Source of the DNA: Nitrosopumilus sp.
Lineage (GTDB): Archaea; Thermoproteota; Nitrososphaeria; Nitrososphaerales; Nitrosopumilaceae
DNA: 64,000 nucleotides
Assembly: GCA_965205675.1 (NCBI GenBank)
Contig: OZ242186.1
Location: 1,504,001-1,568,000 of the forward strand
Direction: 5' to 3'
Position numbers and translations under genes: made by a program. Under the pieces are notes generated by a model, which was not told where the DNA came from, searched no databases, and saw only the letters and a list, made by a program, of their open reading frames with translations. Below are positions 30,435 through 40,390 of the stretch, piece after piece. The stretch's first letter is position 1, and each line of letters starts with the position of its first letter.

Positions 30435-31553
30435 TCAGAATTTTTTTAGAATGTTAAAGTGGGTATTTCGTTGTGCAGGAGTACGGCCAATCTCTTTTAC
30501 CATTGTAGCTAGTTCATTAACTGAAGAAGAAGTTGTTTTTCCAGCGGCTTTGTAAATTTCCTCAGAAAATGCAGTTCCCACCAAATCATTACCACCATTA
30601 GATAATGCAACTTGAGCAAGCTTCTTGCCATATGCCACCCAATAAACAGAAATGTTATTCAATACATTTGCAAGCATTAGTCGAGACAGTGCAATAACCT
30701 TCAAATCATAAACTGAAGAACATTCATTATTTACCAAATGTTCTTGCTCTAATTCAGTATTATCCAAACTAAATTTCAAAGGAATCAAAGTTAGAAAACC
30801 ACTAGTTTTCTTTTGCAATTGACGAATTTTAATTAGATGATCAACAATGTGTTCAGGTTTTTCAATATGTCCATAAAGCATGGTGACATTGCTTTTGATA
30901 TCCATGTTATGGGCCTCTTCAATGACATCAAGCCATTGTTGTCCTGTACATTTGCCTCGAACAATTTTTCCCCTAATATCAGGATGAAACAGTTCTGCAC
31001 CGCCTCCGGGCATCGAATCCAATCCAACATCTTTAAGACGAGACAGAATTTCTTTAGTTGAATTTTTTGTAAGTTTTGATAAATAGTAAATTTCAGCAGC
31101 AGTCAATGCTTTGATGTTTAGTTGAGGATGACTTTTTTTGATGGCCCGCATCATATCTTCATAATATTCTAAGGGGAGTTCGGGATGAAAGCCTCCAACA
31201 ATGTGTACTTCAGTTGCACCCATCTGTTTTGCAATACCAACTCTTTGTCCAATTTCTTGAGGAGTTAGCGTGTATGCATCATCTGCATCACCTTTACGAT
31301 AAAATGCACACATTTGACAGCTTGCAGCACAGATGTTTGTATAGTTCATGTAGTAAGAAGCTGCAAAAGTAACAATGTCATCAACTAGTTTTTTTCTAGA
31401 ATTGTCAGCTACTGCACCAAGTAAATGTAAGTTATCATAATTCATTAATTCAAGACCGTCTTTATAGGACAATTCTTCTCCAGCAAGAGCACGATCTAAA
31501 GCTTGTGAATCTCCAATCAATTTTTCTAGCATATTGATTCGTTTTTCCATCAT
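30435..31553 (-). CDS. mqnE: CofH/MqnE-family radical SAM enzyme, probably aminofutalosine synthase
   Basis: TNICAASCQMCAF, SMPGGGAELF, TMLYGHIE. Confidence 0.75.
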   Translation of the reverse strand: MMEKRINMLEKLIGDSQALDRALAGEELSYKDGLELMNYDNLHLLGAVADNSRKKLVDDIVTFAASYYMNYTNICAASCQMCAFYRKGDADDAYTLTPQEIGQRVGIAKQMGATEVHIVGGFHPELPLEYYEDMMRAIKKSHPQLNIKALTAAEIYYLSKLTKNSTKEILSRLKDVGLDSMPGGGAELFHPDIRGKIVRGKCTGQQWLDVIEEAHNMDIKSNVTMLYGHIEKPEHIVDHLIKIRQLQKKTSGFLTLIPLKFSLDNTELEQEHLVNNECSSVYDLKVIALSRLMLANVLNNISVYWVAYGKKLAQVALSNGGNDLVGTAFSEEIYKAAGKTTSSSVNELATMVKEIGRTPAQRNTHFNILKKF

Positions 31554-31606
31554 GATATATTCCTTATAGTCTCAAGAGATAAGTAATCAGTCATAGTAGA
31601 TACATC

Positions 31607-31780
31607 ATGGTATTGCCTCTAGTTGATGAACACAAACCAAAATGCTACTTATGTCATGAAGGTTTTGAGAATATTGGGAAATTAAGAGAACATCAAAATT
31701 TAATACATAAAGATTTTTTTGAAGAAAACAAAAAGCAAATAAACAGAGAACCAGCTCCTGGCGATGTTACCGTATTTTAG
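31607..31780 (+). CDS. C2H2-type zinc-finger microprotein (57 aa, not in ORF track)
   Basis: MVLPLVDEHKPKCYLCHEGFENIGKLREHQNLIHKDFF...EPAPGDVTVF. Confidence 0.8.
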   Translation: MVLPLVDEHKPKCYLCHEGFENIGKLREHQNLIHKDFFEENKKQINREPAPGDVTVF

Positions 31781-32267
31781 ATCTTTTTTCTTTGATTGGT
31801 TTTAACAATTCTTGAGCAATATCTTTTGAAATATTAGCCAAATCATAGTGTTTGTCAATAAACAGGGCTTTTTTGAAATATTTGATTGCGGTTTGAAGAT
31901 CACACATTTCCCCTAATGAAAGGCCCTTGTATGTAAGAGCCATGATACATTTTTTATCAATTTTTAAGGCAGAATCATAACATTGGATGGCTTCAAGATA
32001 TTTTTCATCTGAATGTAATGCTGTACCCTTGTTTAGTAAGGCATTCAGATTTTTAGGAGAAATACCAAGTGCCTTATTATATGAGCGAATAGCAAGTTTT
32101 AGTTTTCCCATATTTTGTAAAGTGACTCCTCTGTCAACAAGAATATTGGGATTATCAGGCTCTTCTTTTAATGCCAAATCATAAAATTTCAAAGCATCAG
32201 AATAGTTTTCATCCTCAACGCATTCAAAAGCTTGCATTAACATTTTTCCTACTTTATCACTCATCAT
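31767..32267 (-). CDS. Tetratricopeptide repeat protein
   Basis: About four TPR motifs (ALKFYDLALKEEP, AIRSYNKAL, AIQCYDSAL). Confidence 0.9.
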   Translation of the reverse strand: MMSDKVGKMLMQAFECVEDENYSDALKFYDLALKEEPDNPNILVDRGVTLQNMGKLKLAIRSYNKALGISPKNLNALLNKGTALHSDEKYLEAIQCYDSALKIDKKCIMALTYKGLSLGEMCDLQTAIKYFKKALFIDKHYDLANISKDIAQELLKPIKEKRSKIR

Positions 32268-32420
32268 ATTTGATAATATTTTGTCAATAATGTAGTTTTA
32301 CATTATAACATATCAAATATACAAACAAGTAATTACGTCCATGTATTGATTGAAGAAAACGAGGTATAAAATAATCATTTTTTGATTTATTTTTGAACTA
32401 GAGTATACAAGAATTCAGTT

Positions 32421-32774
32421 TCATTCAACAATGCTAACTGAAGTATCAAATTGTGTATTCCAGCGATTAGACCAACGTCTTATCAAAAACATTGCAAACA
32501 GGATGGTTCCAATTTGAACCCCCACAGAATATATGAATTGGTCACCATCGATGCCATAATAAAACGTCATTACATTTCTAAATCCCTCAAGACCCTCATC
32601 TTCAACAGGAAGAAATATGGCCGAAGTAATAGATACAGGAATTGCAATTACAAATATTACTAGTGCTAGATATTTTCTCAATTTTTTGATACGATATGCC
32701 GCATACATATCAAGAATAGGAATAGCACAAAATACCGTCTGAATAGTTAAACTCACTTTTCCTTTTGCAGGCAT
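32421..32774 (-). CDS. Membrane protein
   Basis: Hydrophobic segments; YAAYRIKKLRK, WSNRWN. Confidence 0.7.
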   Translation of the reverse strand: MPAKGKVSLTIQTVFCAIPILDMYAAYRIKKLRKYLALVIFVIAIPVSITSAIFLPVEDEGLEGFRNVMTFYYGIDGDQFIYSVGVQIGTILFAMFLIRRWSNRWNTQFDTSVSIVE

Positions 32775-32849
32775 AATGTTATGATAGCATGAGAGTTAAT
32801 TATGATTACTATTAAAAAACATTGCATGCAGTATAGAAGATTTATGTGT

Positions 32850-33077
32850 CTAAGAGGCAAATTTGTCTCGAGGTTCAATTTCAAGGGATCTGTTAAAACA
32901 ATCCAGAGATTCCTCATATCTGCCCAAAACACGTAATACAATTCCCTTGTTATTCCAAAGATCAGGATCATTTTGATTCAAAAGAAGTGCTTGTTCAAAA
33001 AAACCCAAAGCATCATCAAATTGTCCATTACTCATCAAAATTTTTCCTTTCTTGATAAATTCTTCAATTTCATCCAT
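32850..33077 (-). CDS. Short TPR protein
   Basis: Two TPRs (LWNNKGIVLRVLGRYEES). Confidence 0.85.
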   Translation of the reverse strand: MDEIEEFIKKGKILMSNGQFDDALGFFEQALLLNQNDPDLWNNKGIVLRVLGRYEESLDCFNRSLEIEPRDKFAS

Positions 33078-33330
33078 AAATTATTAAAGATTTCATTTGT
33101 ATTAAATCTGTGATTATATTTGGGTTGGATCTAGCTTTTACATGACTATAGTTCTTTCTTCTTTTCCAAACATATTCTGACTTTAGTCTGAAAATGATGG
33201 AGTGAGCTAGTTTGAGAATAACAGATGTGTATTAAATCTAAAACAAGATAATGCAGTAGTGATGGTAAAAAATAAACAAACTTACACTAATTTCATGAAA
33301 ATTTAAATAAATTTTTTGCCATAATAGATT

Positions 33331-33774
33331 ATGAGTCTGGATAAGACGGATGAAAAAATTATCAAACATTTACTAGTAGATGCGAGACAATCAGCAAGAC
33401 AGCTTGCAATAAAACTAGACATGTCTACAGTCACAGTTCTATCAAGAATAAAAAAACTAGAGAAAGAAAAAATCATTCACGGATATACTGCTATTATTGA
33501 TCACGAAAAAATTGGATATTCATTAACTGCCATTATTGAGATCATATCTAAAAACGACAAAGTGGTAGACATTGAAAAAGAGATATCTAAATTTGTAAAT
33601 GTGTGTGGGGTATATGACATTACGGGAACCACAGATACCGTAATTATAGCAAAATTCAAAGAGAGGGATGAATTGAGTAAATTTGTAAAGAGTTTAGCAA
33701 CTATACCAAATGTAATAAATACAATCACACACGTAGTTCTAAATACAGCAAAAGAAGATTTTAGATTATCATAA
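33331..33774 (+). CDS. Lrp/AsnC-family transcriptional regulator
   Basis: LDKTDEKII...DARQS, RIKKLEKEKIIHGY, ITGTTD. Confidence 0.92.
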   Translation: MSLDKTDEKIIKHLLVDARQSARQLAIKLDMSTVTVLSRIKKLEKEKIIHGYTAIIDHEKIGYSLTAIIEIISKNDKVVDIEKEISKFVNVCGVYDITGTTDTVIIAKFKERDELSKFVKSLATIPNVINTITHVVLNTAKEDFRLS

Positions 33775-33785
33775 GGTATAAAAAA

Positions 33786-34334
33786 ATGAATAATTTGAGG
33801 ATTTTAGTAATTTCAATTATCATATTTGGTGGAATGTATACAGCATATGCTCAAAATGATAATCTGGACATGGAATTAGAAATAACAGATGAAGAGAAGA
33901 TCATACTATTTTTAGGATTTACTATTGCAGTGTTGGCAATATTTTTGTTTCTAGCAAGAGACATAATTCTTAAGAAAAAAACATCATATGATAACGAGGA
34001 ATTTGAATCAAAAAAAGATAAGACGTTTGAAAAATATCACTCAGACTGGGGAGATGATTATGAGGAATTAGGACAAAGGAGAAATACAAAAGAAGATAAA
34101 GAATTCAGAGAAGCACTAGACAAAGATGAGTTACCAAATTATTATGAAATCATAGGGGTTTCCACAAATGCAACTTTAGAAGAAATTAAAAAGAAATTCA
34201 GAGAACAAGCAAAAAAAACCCATCCGGATAAAACAAAAGAAAATTCTGAAGAAGAGATGGTAGAACTAAACAAAGCATATGAGGTACTATCAGATAAAGA
34301 ACGCAGGGAGAAATATGATAAATATCTAAAATAG
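33786..34334 (+). CDS. Membrane-anchored DnaJ-domain protein
   Basis: NYYEIIGV, HPD, AYEVLSD. Confidence 0.9.
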   Translation: MNNLRILVISIIIFGGMYTAYAQNDNLDMELEITDEEKIILFLGFTIAVLAIFLFLARDIILKKKTSYDNEEFESKKDKTFEKYHSDWGDDYEELGQRRNTKEDKEFREALDKDELPNYYEIIGVSTNATLEEIKKKFREQAKKTHPDKTKENSEEEMVELNKAYEVLSDKERREKYDKYLK

Positions 34335-34335
34335 A

Positions 34336-34740
34336 TTAAACACATTCTAGTTTTACAACAATCATACTAAGTTCAATAGAGTTAGGAGTCTGAACACTAC
34401 TAGTCAGATTAGTAAAAATTTCAAGAGAAACAAGATTATCATCAGATTCAATCACAGTGGAGATTTTAAGTTCCCCAAATTCAGTATTGGGCCCTAGCAT
34501 TTTTTTAGTCAGTAAAGGAACAACTGAAAGATCTTCTAGCACACATTTCATTTTGTATGCAAATTTATCTGAAAAATATGCCCCACCACGAGTAGTAGGT
34601 TCACTAACAGGTATTGGGGAGTTTTTTATTGATGTACTGATGATCGGGTATGTTCGATCATTAAGATAAAGTGTAAATTGGGGAGAATTTTTTTCATTAA
34701 AGTCTATTAATTTATCCAATAATTCTTCGTTAAGTGGCAT
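34336..34740 (-). CDS. Hypothetical protein
   Basis: Clean 134-aa ORF (PTTRGGAYFSD). Confidence 0.7.
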   Translation of the reverse strand: MPLNEELLDKLIDFNEKNSPQFTLYLNDRTYPIISTSIKNSPIPVSEPTTRGGAYFSDKFAYKMKCVLEDLSVVPLLTKKMLGPNTEFGELKISTVIESDDNLVSLEIFTNLTSSVQTPNSIELSMIVVKLECV

Positions 34741-35106
34741 TCAAAAAATTACCAAATTATAATTCTATTGAGTGTTTTGCTAAAATTGGGGGGAAGAAAA
34801 GCAGATGTGTAGAAAAATATATGCAATCAAGGAAAAATAACTCCAATACAAGAGGGTCCATAATGTGTAGAAAAAACATTTTGTCACCAGATACACGGAT
34901 ACATTTGACAATAATATGCAAGCAGTAATCAGCAGTGACGATAGGGATATAATATAAATTCACAAGAGTTTTTGTGCCTGTATAACGCATATTCTGACTA
35001 TGAATAGTTCCCATAGAATTATAATTTGATATTGTTATTGATTTTGTAGTATTATTGAATCTCTTAGCAAATTCAATAAATCTTGAATATAATTAATTTA
35101 AATAAT

Positions 35107-37282
35107 AGACCTCTTGCGTAATTACAAACAAAATCTTATCTTTCATTGAATTTAATTTCAAATAATTTCTAATCTTATGGAATCACAACAAACTCTTGCT
35201 TCCATCTTGTCTTGAAATTCACAATTCCACATACGATGTCACTTATTGCATCATATCTGCACAATCTGTTCCTAAATGTCTCAGAATTAATCCTAAACTT
35301 TTTGATTTGAGAGATAATATGTTCTACTTTTATTCGGATTCTTGACTGCATCTTGTTCCATTCCTTTTGATGTATGGTCAGTTTTTTTCCTTTCTTTTTC
35401 TTGTATGGTAGAATGCTTGTCTGTTCTGGGAAATCTTTTTCCACTCCCAAATACCCAATGTCATAAAATATCATCACATCTTCGGGCAGTTCTGGATGTC
35501 TGATTTTCAGTATGGCATAATCATGTTACCTGGAGAATGTGGGGGTTTGTGGATTATCTCACCTTTCTGGTTTATGGTGATTTGGTTTTTTATTGTGTGT
35601 TTTTTCTTTTTGCCTGAATAGTGAGTCTTTCTTTTCTTTTTGTTCTGGGGTCTTGGGATTGGTTGTTCAGTACCATCAGTCATTGCAATTAATTCAGGAA
35701 AGAACAGTTGGAGTTGCTGTACATCATTTATTTTTTTAGAATCAGAGTATAGTTTTGCAGGAATAGGAACTGTTTTTCTTACTGCAGGCTCTAAATCTGA
35801 TGTTTCTGTAGACGTTGCTCTGGTCTAATCCAAACAGATATCCTGTCAATTCACATGTCAGGTACATCCGATAGTAAACAAACAACATTACAAGCTGGTC
35901 TTCAAGACTCAAATCAAACTTTCGCCCAGCTCCGATACTTCTTTTTCTCTTTGCTTTGGATAATCTCTTCTTTTCTTCTATACTTCCTAACATAAGTTCG
36001 TCAACCATCTTCTCATTGCATATACTTGAGAATGTCTAAATTGAATCGTCTGGTTCTGTAATATTTGGAGATGTTATTTTTCAGATTACTTGGAGATGGC
36101 AGATACTGTGACACCAACAAATTGTATTTTCCTGGGCTTCCATACTTCCTCAACTGCATTGAACTGTGGTGAGCCTTTTGGAAACCAATTCAATAGAACA
36201 TCATCTGCATTCTCATCAAGATATTTTTGTACTAGTTTTGATCTGTGTTGTGGTGCTCGGTCTACATAGACTAGAATCTTGCCAAACTTTCTGTGCAATT
36301 CCTTTAGATAATCCAAAAAACAGTACTGATCAAATTTTTCATATTGTCTGAATAATTGCCTGCCGTCATGAGTCAGTGCACCAAAAATGATTGTTTTTTG
36401 ATGTGACCCGTTTACTAGAATAATTGGACGGGTTCCTTTCTTTACCCACATCTTTTTTCTAAATATCGCATCAGCAGTAAAGATGGACTCATCTTGTGCA
36501 AGAACTGTAAAGCCTTTTGCTATTTTTGAGGCTATTTGTTCTTTGGAGTTTTTTTAAACCAGAGTTTTTCCTCAACACTAGCTGAATTTACAAATCTCTT
36601 TGCTGCAACCTTTGGAACAAATCCCCATTTGTGTAATAATCTGTACACATGAACCTCATGATATTTTACACCTGATTTTTGATAAATCAGATTCATCACT
36701 TGCTTTGCACTCCAGCCGGATTGTTTTTCTGCAATTTGTAGTTGAATGCTGACTAGTTTCTTTTTTGGTATACTAGTTGGTCTGCCAGTTCTAGGCAAGT
36801 CTTGCAGTCCTGCAATTCCATATTCTGCAAATCTATCTAACCATTTGTATGCCCATGAACGTACACGTCCAAGATTCTTTGCAACATGTGATGCAATTTG
36901 GTTCTCAAGTAATACTCGCTTTATCAAAAATAGCCTTTCTTTTACCTTGACGTTCTTTTCATCTTTGTATGCTTGAATTAATTTTTGATTATTCATGGTT
37001 TGATGTGTAATGTTTTGATCAATATGGCATTTGGTAAAATAAATCAGATCAACAGATCATAAAATTTTGTTAGAGAGTATATACGGTGATTCTTTCTGAC
37101 ATCCTTTAGAATCACATCAAACTGTTGCCTAGTTACTCCAGTAAAAGAGAGAAGTGATTTTGGCTTTTTTGAGAGTTGCTTGTATGTTAACATGAAATGT
37201 GTTAAGTTGTTCTTAGCTTTGGATCTTGCTGTGAAGGAATTTGTGTAATATGGTAAAATATGTCTAATTGCGCAAGAGGTCT
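35107..37282 (-). mobile_element. IS5/ISL2-group element, copy 2; degraded, with IS630 inside its transposase
   Basis: TIRs at 35107 and 37282; flanks aat and agt do not match; fragments GAGRKFDLSLEDQ, DIGYLG, RIKVEHIISQIK. Confidence 0.9.
35983..37077 (-). mobile_element. IS630 type A, copy 2 (DDE ORF frameshifted near its 3' end)
   Basis: Near-identical to 8450-9543; TA flanks; ORFs 36532-36996 and 36086-36451. Confidence 0.92.
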
Positions 37283-37980
37283 AGTATTCCTTTACACAAT
37301 GTCTAATCTTAGGACGACCTAATTTTCGTACAATAGACAAGAATGGGTACATGAAAATACTTAAATTTCGAAGATGTGTAATTGAGATATGAGCCAATTA
37401 ATTGATGATACATCAGGTAATGGAGTATTAGTTGATGAAACTGATAAATTCGAATTATCAATTTCTTTAGGATCTACGTTAATTATTGATAAATCTTCAT
37501 ACGTGCTTGAAGATGATTTATCGTAATAATTTAAAATATTAAACTTCAACAATCTTTAGTTATTGTAATTTCTTTACTGCAAATAATCAATTTATTTTTT
37601 CAGGATTTCCTAATTTTTTCTGTTATTGGTTTTAGACCTATTCAGATTGCACATTTTAATTCATCAAAATTTAATCTCACTGTAAATTATGTTCCATCTT
37701 CCCCCCCCCTTGTTAATGACAATGGTTATTATTCTATCCTGAAATTACCGATATTTAATATGAAAAAAGACCGACAATAATGATCAATACCTTTCTAGAA
37801 GAACGCATTTTAGAGTTATTTTTCAATTATAGAGACATCTCAAATGTGTCAACCATGTAAAAAATCACTATTTGCAATAAATGAGGAACATAGTGTTATC
37901 TGTAGATTCATCAAGCATTATTGGGTTATTCCAATCATACAGATTAGAAAATCAGGAAAGATGAGATCATCTTTAAAAAC

Positions 37981-39318
37981 ATGAAACTAGATCGAACTGT
38001 ATTGCAACAATTTGCAAAGATCAGTACAATTAGAAATGAAATTCTCAGCCTCATGGTGGAAAATAAGTTAGAAGATAATTGCTATGTAGAAATGCTAGAT
38101 TATACTATTAATTTATTTGAAAGTCAAGGACTTGGAACAGAATATTATGGGTATCACAACATCAATCACGAATTAGAAGTAACATATGTTTCACTATTAG
38201 CAATAAATCAGAAAAAAATACAATTCACAGATGAAGATATAAAATATCTATATGTTGCAGCTTTGTTTCATGATTTTGATCCTCAGAAAAGTGTAGATAA
38301 ACCTCACGAAGAAAGCGTTTTGAGATTTATTTCAATGGATAAAAAACTATGCCAGTTAATTAATGATGCACATATAGACTTGGAAATAATCAAAGTTTTA
38401 ATCTTAAGAACAACATATCCATGGAGTGGAGAACTAAGAAAGAATGCAGAAGTTCAAATCAAGGAATGTTTTAGTAATTCAGAGATATCAAGAAATGATC
38501 TCCCATACCAAGAACACATTATGGAGATGGGATGGTATCTCTCAGTAGTAGATAGAATAAGCGGTTATGCGTTAGGGGATTTTACAAAAGCCATGGAGAT
38601 GGCAAAAATGAATGCACATGCATTAGCCTGGAGACCATCATTAATTGTTAGAAGTGCAGTGGCATACTTTGAAGAATTGTTAAACAAAGAAACAAACATG
38701 GCAAAAGGGATTCTTAAAGTACTTCCAAAAGAAATGAGAAAGAACTTTTTTGATACAGTGCTGTCATTTATGGAAATTAGACAACAAGAAATTACAATTC
38801 AAGCCGATTATTCATACGAAAATTTAAAATTAATTCCAATAATAGAATCAATGGGAACAAGAGAAGACCCAAGTTTCATCAAGGCATTATATAACATTTT
38901 TTTAGAATTACCAACACCGCTACAGTTTGAAAAAGAAAATTTTGAAAAATCAGTTAAAGACCCCCAAATAATTATCAACACATTAAGATTAAATGATAAA
39001 AATGGAGAAATCATAGGATTCTCAAAAGGCGGACCTCTTGAAAACTATAGGTTACGAGAAGAAATTAGAGATGAAAATTATGGTTTAGGGAACACAGTAT
39101 TTTTAGAACCATTGGCACTGAAAATGGGATATTGGGGATTGAAGGGAGGTAGTGAAATGAGACACATGTTCATAATGCAGGCCCATTCCATGAAATTTAA
39201 ATTTTTGACAAGTTTTGCATTACGTGATGTCATCAGAGCTAGAATAGATAAAGAGCAAGCAGAATTTGTAACATTATTTGATCCCGAAAGATGGGATTAT
39301 TATAGAATCAAAATTTAG
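37981..39318 (+). CDS. HD-domain protein with possible GNAT-like C-terminal domain
   Basis: YHNINH, AALFHDFDP, PHE, VVD; C-terminal GEIIGFSKG...GYWGLKGGS. Confidence 0.8.
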   Translation: MKLDRTVLQQFAKISTIRNEILSLMVENKLEDNCYVEMLDYTINLFESQGLGTEYYGYHNINHELEVTYVSLLAINQKKIQFTDEDIKYLYVAALFHDFDPQKSVDKPHEESVLRFISMDKKLCQLINDAHIDLEIIKVLILRTTYPWSGELRKNAEVQIKECFSNSEISRNDLPYQEHIMEMGWYLSVVDRISGYALGDFTKAMEMAKMNAHALAWRPSLIVRSAVAYFEELLNKETNMAKGILKVLPKEMRKNFFDTVLSFMEIRQQEITIQADYSYENLKLIPIIESMGTREDPSFIKALYNIFLELPTPLQFEKENFEKSVKDPQIIINTLRLNDKNGEIIGFSKGGPLENYRLREEIRDENYGLGNTVFLEPLALKMGYWGLKGGSEMRHMFIMQAHSMKFKFLTSFALRDVIRARIDKEQAEFVTLFDPERWDYYRIKI

Positions 39319-39397
39319 AAAAATTAGAATAATTTACAGTTAAAGTTAGAAATTTTAATGGAGAAAGGCTTTTGTAACTAAAAAATATTCGAAAATC

Positions 39398-39820
39398 GTG
39401 GTTGGTAAGAGCATAGAACTGTTAGTGATACTAGTAATTATTGTAAACATCGCTCCAGTATTTGCATCAGATTTAGAGAGAACATCAATTAGCAATCCAA
39501 GATTAGAAAATACATCTAGGACATCAGTTAACGATAAAATAAACACAAATCAACAAATTCAAATTTCAGCAGACATTACAAATCATCAGACAAAATCACA
39601 GAGTTTTGTACACATTATTCAAATTAGAGACGAGATGGATCTAATTGTAAAAGTAGGATGGATAAGTGCAGGATTATCACCAGAACAAAAATTGACAGCG
39701 TCACAATCATGGATTCCAACTGAATCGGGAGAATACACTGTAGAGATTTTTGTTTGGGAAAGTTTAGCAAACCAGAATGCATTAGCAAATTTTGTGAAAT
39801 TACCAATTAGTGTAAGTTAA
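39398..39820 (+). CDS. Secreted Ig-like protein
   Basis: Signal peptide; SWIPTESGEYTVEIFVW. Confidence 0.8.
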   Translation: MVGKSIELLVILVIIVNIAPVFASDLERTSISNPRLENTSRTSVNDKINTNQQIQISADITNHQTKSQSFVHIIQIRDEMDLIVKVGWISAGLSPEQKLTASQSWIPTESGEYTVEIFVWESLANQNALANFVKLPISVS

Positions 39821-39962
39821 AATTCAGAGAAAATTAACAAGGAATCAATGACCAATACGAAAAAAATAGATTTGGAGCACAATAAATTGGATCGAGGATT
39901 CGTCTAATAGTAAAAAAAATTCGACTAGTTCTCGCTAATATTACCTTGAGCCTAATATGAAT

Positions 39963-40115
39963 ATGACAATAGGATATTGTGTAAAGTGTCGAGATAAACG
40001 AGAAATCGGCGGCCCTAAACCATACACTATGAAGAATGGCAAACCTGCAATCAAGGGTACATGCCCTACATGTAGCACAGCCATTTTTAGAATTGGTAAG
40101 ACTAAATCTCTCTAG
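39963..40115 (+). CDS. DUF5679-like small zinc-ribbon protein (50 aa, not in ORF track)
   Basis: MTIGYCVKCRDKREIGGPKPYTMKNGKPAIKGTCPTCSTAIFRIGKTKSL. Confidence 0.85.
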   Translation: MTIGYCVKCRDKREIGGPKPYTMKNGKPAIKGTCPTCSTAIFRIGKTKSL

Positions 40116-40390
40116 CGAGAAGTTTAGTATTGTCAATCATCAACAAGGCCATTTCATATTAAACGCATTGGAATGGATCTTTTTCTATTTCTTCAGTAAT
40201 TTTATTTTTTAATACAAAAAAGAAATTCTCTAATGCATCAAGATGCCATCGCCAACCAATTCTTTACCTGTCTGGATCTCTCTGGAATAGGATCAGATAA
40301 AATAAACTGATTTTTAGTTTTTGAGAATTATTTAGTTCACAAACTTTGTCTTTTCGCTATATTTTTAAACAAACTTTGTAATGTAAGATA

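Noticed and set aside
33140-33220. Possible second C/D sRNA (ctga, atgatgg, guide agtgagcta)
   Set aside because: Boxes are degenerate and only one short guide is plausible; not supportable without the rRNA sequence
34930-35000. Possible C/D sRNA (gtgacga ... ctga) and the 12-mer catattctgact shared with 33171
   Set aside because: No clear internal boxes or target; a 12-mer match is plausible by chance in AT-rich DNA
35742-36008. 88-aa ORF as an independent gene
   Set aside because: Chimera of the IS630 end and an ISL2 transposase fragment
37340-37950. AT-rich stretch with a poly-C run and short ORF fragments
   Set aside because: Looks like decayed coding DNA; no family recognised and no evidence the C-run is a phase-variation switch
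39834-40136. 100-aa minus-strand Cys-containing ORF
   Set aside because: Shadow of the plus-strand DUF5679-like gene
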